From an uncultured candidatus Porisulfidus sp. (GTDB lineage Bacteria > Pseudomonadota > Gammaproteobacteria > Poriferisulfidales > Poriferisulfidaceae), in contig OZ220480.1 in NCBI GenBank assembly GCA_965116025.1, forward strand, positions 1,792,001 to 1,856,000: a stretch of DNA of 64,000 nt. Reading direction: 5' to 3'. Shown here piece after piece: positions 11,284-19,215 of the stretch. Both the position numbers and the translations under genes were made by a program. A model generated the notes under the pieces. It had not been told where the DNA came from and made no database searches. It saw nothing but the letters and a program-made list of their open reading frames with translations. Numbering within the stretch: the first letter of the stretch is position 1; each line of letters starts with the position of its first letter.

Positions 11284-12193
11284 CGTGGGTCAAGGTATGG
11301 AACACGTCGTCTAGCCGTCCGGCCTGGATATGCAGCGGCGCGTCGCTCCGGTCGTGGCGCCGCAACACGTCGCGGACCGCGTCTTCCAGCACACGGCCGG
11401 AGCGAGGAATCAAGGTCAGTCCCTGACGCTCCGGCTCCACCATGGCGACTCCGTCCAGGTCCCCGAGAGCGACCCGCGTCGCCTCCTCCAAACGCGCCTG
11501 GATCGTGACCGCGTTGCAGTACCGAGAGCGTTGGCGCAAATCCTCGGGGGATTCGTCGACCAGCAGCTTTCCTTCAGAGACGATGATGGCCCGCGTGCAG
11601 ATAGCCTCGACCTCCTCGAGTATGTGCGTCGAGATGACGATGGTCTTGTCTCGCGCCATCTCGTTGATGAACGCGCGCACCTGCCGCTTCTGGTTCGGGT
11701 CCAGCCCGTCGGTCGGCTCGTCCATGATCAGGACGCGCGGGTCATGCAGCATGGCCTGCGCCAGCCCGACCCGTCGGCGATATCCTTTCGAAAGCGTGTC
11801 GACCGGACGGTGCAGCACTGGCTCCAGCCCCAACTGGCCGATCACCCGGTCCAACCGGCCGCGGCGGTTTTTCGGGCGGCGGACATCCGCCACGAAATTC
11901 AGGAACTGCCAAGGAGTCATCTCGCCGTACGCCGGCGCGCCCTCCGGCAGATAGCCCAAACATCGCTTAGCCTTGATCGGCTCCGTCGCCACCGGATGCC
12001 CGCAGACCGATACCCGACCGGCCGTCGGCGGCAAAAAGCCGGTGATGATCTTCATGGTCGTGGATTTGCCGGCGCCATTCGGGCCAAGAAAGCCCAGCAC
12101 CTCGCCCGGACCGACCTCGAAGCTCAGGTCGTCGACGGCATGCAGGTCACCATAGATCTTGACCAGATTCTCGACTGTGATCGACTTGGCCAC
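11270..12193 (-). CDS. ABC transporter ATP-binding protein (GldA-like)
   Basis: GPNGAGKS, LSKGYRRRVG signature, DEPTDGLDP, STHIL. Confidence 0.92.
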   Translation of the reverse strand: MAKSITVENLVKIYGDLHAVDDLSFEVGPGEVLGFLGPNGAGKSTTMKIITGFLPPTAGRVSVCGHPVATEPIKAKRCLGYLPEGAPAYGEMTPWQFLNFVADVRRPKNRRGRLDRVIGQLGLEPVLHRPVDTLSKGYRRRVGLAQAMLHDPRVLIMDEPTDGLDPNQKRQVRAFINEMARDKTIVISTHILEEVEAICTRAIIVSEGKLLVDESPEDLRQRSRYCNAVTIQARLEEATRVALGDLDGVAMVEPERQGLTLIPRSGRVLEDAVRDVLRRHDRSDAPLHIQAGRLDDVFHTLTHDVHE

Positions 12194-12313
12194 GCGCGTT
12201 TTCTCCGCTTCCCTCTCGGTTTCTTGACGCTTCAGCGAGCGCCGATTAAATGGGGAGGAACGCTCGTCGTTTCAAGCGGAGCCAAGGATTCGCGCCGCAA
12301 GGCTCGAGCCTCT

Positions 12314-13213
12314 CTATTCCTGATAATAGTAATCATAACGTCTCAACAAATCGAGCGAGAATCTCCAAGCATCCTGGTAGGTTAAGTCGCTGTCCATCGG
12401 GATCACGATGCGGACGAACAGCCGGTCGCCATGCTCCCGCTTAAGATGCGCCAGGATCTGATGCATCTCCCCCTCCTCAACAGCCTCGAACTTCGAGGCG
12501 TCTGGGAGCCGGAGCGTGAAGGCGGGGCGTCCATCCACTTTTCGGTGACGAACCGCGACCACCACCTTTCCTTGATCGCTGCGGGCCGGCCTCGACAACG
12601 CCGCGTACTTTTCCCCCATCTCCTCGTATTCTTTCCGCAAACGCTCCAACTCCTCGTGGGTCTGGCGCCGTTCCGCCTCGACCTCCACATACATTCGCTC
12701 GCGCAACAAGCCTTCCTCCCGCATTTCCGCCAACCGCCGCTGCACATCAAGCAACTCCCGCTCCCGCTCCGCGCTGACGGTGCGACTTTCCCGCATCTCG
12801 TCCCGCATGCGCGCCCGCTCTTCCTGTATGGCGGCCAGTTGGCTCCGTTGCAGAGTCAGCGCCTCGCGCGCGCTCGCCAAATCTCTCTCGCGCGCTTCCA
12901 ATTGCGCGAGCTTGGCCTGCAGAGTATCGCGCGTGCGGTCCATACGCGACCGCATCTCTTCCAACTCAAGCTGGAGCAGCATCTGGCGCACGTTGAGATC
13001 CTCCGCCCGCTCCCTCGCTTGCCGCTCCAGCGCGATCGTCTCCTGAACCTGCCGGGAAAGATCCCAGTTGTGCAGAACCGCGACCAAACTGGACAGAAGG
13101 AACACGATCACCACGACCATCATGATGTCGGTGAAAGACGGCCAGAAATTCTCCTCGCTGATGGAGGAGAGATGAGACGCGTGGCTGAGATGCGGAGAAG
13201 GAGCGCCAATCAC
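12314..13213 (-). CDS. MotB/ExbD-like single-TM protein with long periplasmic coiled coil
   Basis: GTG start overlapping the stop of the MotA-like gene; EENFWPSFTDIMMVVVIVFLL carries a MotB/TolR-type Asp; ~160-aa E/R/Q/L coiled coil; ~87-aa alpha/beta C-terminal domain; no OmpA motif. Confidence 0.75.
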   Translation of the reverse strand: MIGAPSPHLSHASHLSSISEENFWPSFTDIMMVVVIVFLLSSLVAVLHNWDLSRQVQETIALERQARERAEDLNVRQMLLQLELEEMRSRMDRTRDTLQAKLAQLEARERDLASAREALTLQRSQLAAIQEERARMRDEMRESRTVSAERERELLDVQRRLAEMREEGLLRERMYVEVEAERRQTHEELERLRKEYEEMGEKYAALSRPARSDQGKVVVAVRHRKVDGRPAFTLRLPDASKFEAVEEGEMHQILAHLKREHGDRLFVRIVIPMDSDLTYQDAWRFSLDLLRRYDYYYQE

Positions 13214-14145
13214 GATTCTTTCTGATCCAGACGGAATCCCGCCCGCAGGGTCTGGTTGACCTCCCGCAACGCCTCCAAGACCTGCCGGGACCGCTCGGTT
13301 TGCTCTCGCCAGTCGTGGCGCGTGGCGTCGAGATGCGGAGTCAGGCGGTCCTGGACTTCCGCCAGAGCGGTAGCCACGCCATGCAGGTCTTTCAGCCGAA
13401 GCGCCAGGGTCTGGGTCAGGTTTCCGCCTTCCTGCGTGAGCGACGGCATGATCCGGCGAAGGGTCAGCAACTCGATTCGCTGACACACGCTGGATTGGCT
13501 GGCCACCAATCGAGAGAAAATGAGGGCGAGCGCCAAGTAGGCCGCGATGGCCGTCATCGTCGTGGAGAGCGCCGTCGCCATCCCGCGAACCACCATGGTG
13601 ATTCCCCCTCCACCCTGCGGGAGCGACAACAGGTCAGTGGCTCCAACTAAAGCCAGGGACAGCGACGCGACCGTGCCGAACACGCCCAGCAGGATTAGTA
13701 GACTCTGGATCAAGCGAACCAAGCCGAGACGAGCCACCTCTTGATTTAGCAAAATGGCCGACAGGATCGCTTGCTGGGGGCGCTCCAGCTCCGAGCGGCT
13801 TTGCTGCAGAACGCGGTAGCGCTGCACGATCAAGGATCCCGACAGATTCTCGATGCCCGCCTCGGTCAGTCCGAAGTCCAGCTGCTCCTCGAACTGGTCA
13901 GTGGATCGATTCTCGCGAAAGTAGGCGAAAAGCAGATAGAAGCTTCGGGCCAGCGCGACCAGGAACATCGCCGCGATGATGCCGTTGACGATCATGCCGA
14001 GCCGCGTCGCCATGGCGCCCCAGTAGATCTCCGTCAGCACGTCCGCCTGCCACAACAGCAGGGCGGCGAACAAGATCAGCGCGACTCCCGCCTGCAACAC
14101 CATGCGCCCGGGGCGGCTCTTGAATAATTCCTGGATCATGGGCAA
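13210..14145 (-). CDS. MotA/TolQ/ExbB proton channel family protein
   Basis: LLILLGVFGTVASL and GMATALSTTMTAI channel helices; two N-terminal TMs. Start may be ATG 14139. Confidence 0.82.
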   Translation of the reverse strand: MPMIQELFKSRPGRMVLQAGVALILFAALLLWQADVLTEIYWGAMATRLGMIVNGIIAAMFLVALARSFYLLFAYFRENRSTDQFEEQLDFGLTEAGIENLSGSLIVQRYRVLQQSRSELERPQQAILSAILLNQEVARLGLVRLIQSLLILLGVFGTVASLSLALVGATDLLSLPQGGGGITMVVRGMATALSTTMTAIAAYLALALIFSRLVASQSSVCQRIELLTLRRIMPSLTQEGGNLTQTLALRLKDLHGVATALAEVQDRLTPHLDATRHDWREQTERSRQVLEALREVNQTLRAGFRLDQKES

Positions 14146-14231
14146 TGAGGTGGCCGCTTCCTAAGTTTGCTCTCACGGAGCAGGAAAGTGTAGCAGAGTC
14201 AAGAACCTGTCGGATTCGCTACTCCAATTCG

Positions 14232-14534
14232 TGGTGCGGGCGGAGGGATTCGAACCCCCACGGGCAAAGCCCAGCGGATTTTCGCACCAGCTACGGCTTT
14301 CGCCGCCGCCGCTCGCGCGGCGTTTGTGGTCCGGACTATCCCTTCGCCCTAGCGATTCCCGCCGTAGGCGCCGCCCGTCTAGTCTCTACACCTTCCCGGA
14401 AGCGAGTTCCAGGCTTGGCTCGGGATCGCCATTTCACAGGGTTCCCCGAATTTGAGCGGTTCTGCATCCCCGGTTTCCCGAGGAGCACTCAATGGCCTCA
14501 AGTCCGCAGCGTCTACCTGTTCCGCCACGCCCGC
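14232..14534 (-). tRNA. leuZ: tRNA-Leu(UAA), split by a group I intron (exon 1 14534-14500, exon 2 14282-14232)
   Basis: Acceptor stem GCGGGCG/CGCCCGC plus ACCA; spliced anticodon arm GCGGA-CUUAAAA-UCCGC; long variable arm; GGTTCGAATCC T-loop; third gene of the glyW-cysT-leuZ cluster. Confidence 0.95.
14283..14499 (-). ncRNA. Group I self-splicing intron (IC3-like), 217 nt, no ORF
   Basis: Inserted after U34. Exon ACUU pairs with IGS GAGU giving the U.G wobble; core CAAAUUCGGGGAA, CCCGAGCCAAG, GAAGGUGUAGAGACUAGACGG; P7 GACUA/UAGUC; P3 CCGCUC/GGGCGG; terminal G. Confidence 0.93.
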
Positions 14535-14614
14535 GCACCACGCCTATCATAGTGCAATCGAGATATTCCCGACTGGCCAAACAGCGGCGATGACCAGTGA
14601 GAACACCGTCGCGC

Positions 14615-14764
14615 TCACTCCCGATTCCCTCGCGAGAACCAGCCAGCTATCGCCACTATGAGGTAAATGAGCGCGAAATAAAAAACCACGCCCATTGCCG
14701 CCACGCCCAACACGCTGTAGAGCAGAAACTCCTCAAACTCGATACTCGCTAGCAGCTCATTCAT
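14615..14764 (-). CDS. Small 49-aa single-TM hypothetical protein inside the tRNA cluster
   Basis: MNELLASIEFEEFLLYSVLGVAAMGVVFYFALIYLIVAIAGWFSRGNRE; GAGG upstream; below ORF-track cutoff. Confidence 0.5.
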   Translation of the reverse strand: MNELLASIEFEEFLLYSVLGVAAMGVVFYFALIYLIVAIAGWFSRGNRE

Positions 14765-14973
14765 TGCCTGTCGCCTCGCTCAAGTCAATCGATGATAGCC
14801 ATCACTAAGCGAACCGCGAGATAAAAGAAACCCGCCAACCCTGCCAACCAGGAACATTTCGCTGCCGCTCATTTGGACATCGCGAACAGCGCGATAGCTT
14901 CAATCACCAAAATTCAAAGCTACGCTCCACCGCCCACATCTCTCGCGCCGCCATGATCCTTCGGGCTTTGATC

Positions 14974-15047
14974 TGGAGGCTGAGGTCGGAATCGAACCGG
15001 CGTCCACGGCTTTGCAGGCCGCTGCATAACCACTCTGCCACTCAGCC
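14974..15047 (-). tRNA. cysT: tRNA-Cys(GCA)
   Basis: GGCTGAG/CTCAGCC acceptor stem, U discriminator, CCA, loop CUGCAAA; 74 nt. Confidence 0.96.
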
Positions 15048-15084
15048 CATGTCGTCACGGCCCAACCTGGATCGCGTCGGGAAC

Positions 15085-15160
15085 TGGAGCGGGAAACCGG
15101 ATTCGAACCGGCGACCTTAACCTTGGCAAGGTTACGCTCTACCAACTGAGCTATTCCCGC
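15085..15160 (-). tRNA. glyW: tRNA-Gly(GCC)
   Basis: GCGGGAATAGCTCAGTTGGTAGAGC...TTGCCAA...GGTTCGAATCC...TTCCCGCTCCA; 76 nt. Confidence 0.97.
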
Positions 15161-15174
15161 CCCGCGAAAGCAAA

Positions 15175-15203
15175 ATTGTCGCACCCCTGCCCGAGGCTGT
15201 CAA
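15175..15203 (-). promoter_or_regulatory. Sigma70 promoter of the tRNA operon
   Basis: TTGACA-17 nt-GACAAT with TG extension, 14 nt upstream of tRNA-Gly. Confidence 0.7.
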
Positions 15204-15329
15204 ACCAACTGCCAGCGACGCTTCTCCCCCTACGGATTCACGTCCCATCCAATGATCATCTCCCGCGCGCACTTTGTCAGACCGCGCGCTTCCGCGCCCG
15301 CGCCTAGAAAGGACTCGCGCATCGCGTTA

Positions 15330-15746
15330 TTAATGCTTGAACCGTTCCCGAACTTCCACGTGTTCGCGCTTGGCCATCACCAGCCGTCCCTCTATCAGGC
15401 CATCCAGAATCGCCGCTCCCAGTTTCGCTATATCACCCGTGCCTCGAGGCGGCGGGCTTGCTCCACCAGGAACTTTCAGCCCCGCTTCCCGCGCCATGCT
15501 CGCGCACAGGGCAACGGCTACCGGATCATTCTTGACTCGCTTGAACAGAGCCCGAAACGTTCGCTCCACATAATCGTCCATTCGCGGCATTATATCCACC
15601 GCCGACTCTGCGCGAAGCATCACGCGGCACTCGACCGTATCACGCTGGAGCTCCGCACCAATAACTCCCTCGGCTGGTTCTTCTTCCTCCGCATTAGTCA
15701 CCTTCACGCCATCTTGATTCACCAGCACGTAATAGCCGCAAGCCAT
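15330..15746 (-). CDS. Hypothetical protein (138 aa)
   Basis: Fills the gap between the tRNA promoter and aceA with protein-like composition; no motif recognised. Confidence 0.5.
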   Translation of the reverse strand: MACGYYVLVNQDGVKVTNAEEEEPAEGVIGAELQRDTVECRVMLRAESAVDIMPRMDDYVERTFRALFKRVKNDPVAVALCASMAREAGLKVPGGASPPPRGTGDIAKLGAAILDGLIEGRLVMAKREHVEVRERFKH

Positions 15747-15986
15747 TCCGTTTCACAATCCAAAAGCGATCAAGCGCCACCACTCGACGCCGCTTCGTCG
15801 AAAGACGCACCCACCGCTCCGCAGAGCGAGAGCGACAGTGGGCTTAGCCCTATCAGCCAACGCGCGACTGCGCCCGTCACCGAATCTGTTAAAATCACCT
15901 TGAACACCCCGTATTCCCGGAGCCGGCGATTCTCTCGTCGCGCCGGGCGGGATCGCCTGAAACCAATGAGATGAGGAAATCCGCAA

Positions 15987-17291
15987 GTGGATCGAGAAAA
16001 ACAGATTGATGCCCTGCAGAAGGATTGGGACAGCAACCCGCGCTGGAGCGATGTGCGCCGAGGCTATACGGCAGAAGATGTCGTTCGCCTGCGCGGCTCG
16101 CGCGTGCCAGCCAACAGCACCGCGATGGAAGGCGCGGAAAAGCTTTGGCGCCTGGTCAACGGCGAGGCGCGCAAGGGCTACGTCAATTGCCTCGGCGCCT
16201 TGACCGGCGGGCAGGCGGTGCAGCAGGTCAAGGCCGGAATCGAGGCCATCTACCTGTCCGGCTGGCAAGTCGCCGCCGACGCCAACACTTCCGAAACCAT
16301 GTATCCGGACCAGTCTCTGTACGCCTACGATTCCGTTCCCACCGTGGTGCGCCGCATCAACAACGCGTTCAAGCGAGCGGACGAGATTCAGTGGGCGCGC
16401 GGACAGAACCCTGGAGACGAGGGCTTCATTGATTACTTCGCGCCGATCGTGGCGGATGCCGAAGCTGGCTTCGGAGGCGTGCTCAATGCTTTCGAGCTGA
16501 TGAAAAACATGATCCGCAACGGAGCCGCCGGAGTCCATTACGAAGACCAACTGGCCGCCGTCAAGAAGTGCGGGCATATGGGCGGCAAGGTGCTGGTACC
16601 CACTCAAGAGGCGATCCAGAAGCTGATTGCGGCGAGACTAGCCGCCGACGTGATGGGTGTTCCCACCGTGGTGCTAGCCCGCACCGACGCGGAGGCCGCG
16701 AACCTCGTGACCTCGGACTTCGACGAGAATGACAAGCCTTTCCTGACTGGCGAGCGGACCTCCGAAGGCTTCTACCGGACGCGCAACGGTCTGGAGCAAG
16801 CGATCTCGCGCGGTATCGCCTACGCTCCATACGCGGACTTAGTCTGGTGCGAGACCGGCACCCCGGATCTGGATTTCGCCCGCGCCTTCGCGGAAGCGGT
16901 GCGCGAGAAATATCCGAACCAGCTGCTCGCCTACAACTGCTCTCCCTCCTTCAACTGGAAGAAAAATCTGGACGACGCAACCATCGCGAAGTTCCAGCGC
17001 GAGTTGTCGGCGATGGGCTACAAATACCAGTTCATCACCTTGGCTGGCATTCATAGCATGTGGTACAACATGTTCGATCTCGCCCACGACTACGCGGGCG
17101 AGGAAGGAATGAAGCATTATGTGGAGAAGGTCCAGGAGCCGGAATTCGCGGCCGCGGATCGAGGCTATACGTTCGTCAGCCACCAGCAAGAGGTCGGAGC
17201 CGGCTATTTCGATGACGTGACCACCGTCATCCAGGGCGGGAGCTCTTCCGTCACGGCGCTGACCGGGTCAACCGAGGAGGAGCAGTTCTGA
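15987..17291 (+). CDS. aceA: Isocitrate lyase
   Basis: [28 protein letters not shown]-terminal STEEEQF. Confidence 0.97.
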   Translation: MDREKQIDALQKDWDSNPRWSDVRRGYTAEDVVRLRGSRVPANSTAMEGAEKLWRLVNGEARKGYVNCLGALTGGQAVQQVKAGIEAIYLSGWQVAADANTSETMYPDQSLYAYDSVPTVVRRINNAFKRADEIQWARGQNPGDEGFIDYFAPIVADAEAGFGGVLNAFELMKNMIRNGAAGVHYEDQLAAVKKCGHMGGKVLVPTQEAIQKLIAARLAADVMGVPTVVLARTDAEAANLVTSDFDENDKPFLTGERTSEGFYRTRNGLEQAISRGIAYAPYADLVWCETGTPDLDFARAFAEAVREKYPNQLLAYNCSPSFNWKKNLDDATIAKFQRELSAMGYKYQFITLAGIHSMWYNMFDLAHDYAGEEGMKHYVEKVQEPEFAAADRGYTFVSHQQEVGAGYFDDVTTVIQGGSSSVTALTGSTEEEQF

Positions 17292-17311
17292 GGCGCGCGC
17301 CCGGACGCGCC

Positions 17312-18655
17312 ATGACGATGGAGAAATACGAGCACATCCACATTCCGGCCGACGGCGCGCGGATCACCGTTCACTCGGACCAGAGCCTGGACGTTCCGGA
17401 CCGCCCGATCATCCCATTCATCGAGGGCGACGGCATTGGCATCGATGTCACGCCCGTCATGCGCCAGGTCGTGAAGAACGCGGTGCGCGACGCTTACGGG
17501 GGCGACCGGGAGATCTACTGGATGGAGATCTACGCGGGCGAGAAAGCCTGCAAGCTATACCAGGAGGGAACTTTCCTGCCCGACGAGACCTTGCGGGCAA
17601 TGCAGGACTACGTGGTGTCGATCAAGGGGCCCTTGACGACCCCGGTCGGCAAAGGCATCCGCTCGCTCAACGTCGCTATCCGTCAGAAGATGGACTTGTA
17701 CGCTTGCGTGCGGCCGATCCGTTTCTTCCCCGGCACTCCGACCCCGCTCAAGGTCTCCGAAACCACCGACATGGTCGTGTTTCGAGAGAACACCGAGGAT
17801 ATCTACGCCGGCATCGAATGGCCCAGCGATTCGCCCGAGGCCCGCAAGCTGATCCGGTTTCTGGAAGAGGAGATGGGCGTCCACGAAATCCGCTTCCCCA
17901 AGAGCTCCGGGATCGGCATCAAGCCCGTCTCCCAAGAGGGCTCTTCCCGCTTGATCCGCAAAGCGGTCCGGTACGCGATCGACAACAACCGCTCCTCGGT
18001 CACGCTGGTGCATAAGGGAAACATCATGAAATACACCGAGGGCGCCTTCTGCCGCTGGGGCTACGAGTTGGTGACGGAGGAGTTCGGCGCTGAGCTGATC
18101 GGGGATGGCCCGTGGAGAACGATTCGGAACCCACGCGGCGGGGAGCCCATCGTGATCAAGGATGTTATCGCCGACAACTTTCTGCAGCAGATTCTCCTGA
18201 AACCAGCCGACTACGATGTCATCGCGACCCTGAACCTCAACGGCGATTACATCTCGGACGCGCTCGCGGCCCAAGTCGGGGGGATCGGGATCGCCCCGGG
18301 CGCCAACATGGGCGATGCCGTCGCGGTGTTCGAGGCCACGCACGGATCGGCTCCGAAATACGCGGGCAAGAACCGCGTCAACCCGGGCTCCATCCTGCTA
18401 TCCGCGGAAATGATGCTGCGCTACTTGGGCTGGACCGAGGCCGCCGATCTGGTTCTCAAGGGAATTTCCGGAGCGATCGCCAACAAGTATCTGACCTATG
18501 ATCTGGCGCGGGTCCGCGCGGGCATCCCGGCGGGCCGCCTCAGTGCCGCCGACAGTCGGCAACAGGTGGAGAAGCACATGCAAGAGCTGATCCCCGGGGC
18601 CACGCTGGTGACGACGTCCGGCTTCGCCGAGGCCGTCATCCGGCATATGCGGTAA
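17312..18655 (+). CDS. icd: NADP-type isocitrate dehydrogenase
   Basis: [43 protein letters not shown]. Confidence 0.97.
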   Translation: MTMEKYEHIHIPADGARITVHSDQSLDVPDRPIIPFIEGDGIGIDVTPVMRQVVKNAVRDAYGGDREIYWMEIYAGEKACKLYQEGTFLPDETLRAMQDYVVSIKGPLTTPVGKGIRSLNVAIRQKMDLYACVRPIRFFPGTPTPLKVSETTDMVVFRENTEDIYAGIEWPSDSPEARKLIRFLEEEMGVHEIRFPKSSGIGIKPVSQEGSSRLIRKAVRYAIDNNRSSVTLVHKGNIMKYTEGAFCRWGYELVTEEFGAELIGDGPWRTIRNPRGGEPIVIKDVIADNFLQQILLKPADYDVIATLNLNGDYISDALAAQVGGIGIAPGANMGDAVAVFEATHGSAPKYAGKNRVNPGSILLSAEMMLRYLGWTEAADLVLKGISGAIANKYLTYDLARVRAGIPAGRLSAADSRQQVEKHMQELIPGATLVTTSGFAEAVIRHMR

Positions 18656-18664
18656 CTCCCACCT

Positions 18665-18673
18665 TGCTATAAT
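18665..18673 (+). promoter_or_regulatory. Extended -10 promoter element
   Basis: Perfect TGcTATAAT 27 nt upstream of the DUF1820 start. Confidence 0.55.
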
Positions 18674-18700
18674 CCCTGTCCACCGAGTCACAGCGCGATC

Positions 18701-19033
18701 ATGAAGGAACCCGAACCCATTTACAAAGTCATTTTCTTCTCGAATGGGGAAATCTACGAAATCTACGCGGAGCACGTATATTCTTCAGACCTGTACGGTT
18801 TCATCGTCATCGAGAACATCATTTTCGGCGAGAGGGCGAAAGTCGTGGTCGACCCGAGCGAAGAGCGCCTGAAAACCGAATTCAAGTCGGTGCCCCGAAC
18901 CTACGTTCCCATGCACGCGATCATGCGCATCGACGAAGTGGAAAAGGCCGGAACCGGCGAGATTCGCAAGGCTGAGGGAAACGTGACGTATTTGTCTCCG
19001 ATAGCGGGAACGGGCGATATCCAAAAACTTTGA
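18701..19033 (+). CDS. DUF1820-family protein
   Basis: IYKVIF..GEIYEIYA, VVVDPSEERLKTEF, IMRIDEVEK.G. Confidence 0.8.
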   Translation: MKEPEPIYKVIFFSNGEIYEIYAEHVYSSDLYGFIVIENIIFGERAKVVVDPSEERLKTEFKSVPRTYVPMHAIMRIDEVEKAGTGEIRKAEGNVTYLSPIAGTGDIQKL

Positions 19034-19060
19034 GGCATACGCCCGGAGAATTCCCGAAGT

Positions 19061-19155
<95 letters not shown>

Positions 19156-19215
19156 CGTCTCCCACTCGCGCGAGCCTGATCGCGGACCACGCTCCGACTT
19201 GATCGCGACATTGGC

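Noticed and set aside
12314-14145. Zorya (ZorA/ZorB) or flagellar MotAB
   Set aside because: No long ZorA cytoplasmic tail, no OmpA-like domain on the B subunit, and no zorC/D/E or flagellar genes nearby.
14145-14661. ORFs across the tRNA-Leu/intron as a homing endonuclease
   Set aside because: They are antisense and short, lack LAGLIDADG, HNH or GIY-YIG motifs, and the intron is only 217 nt.
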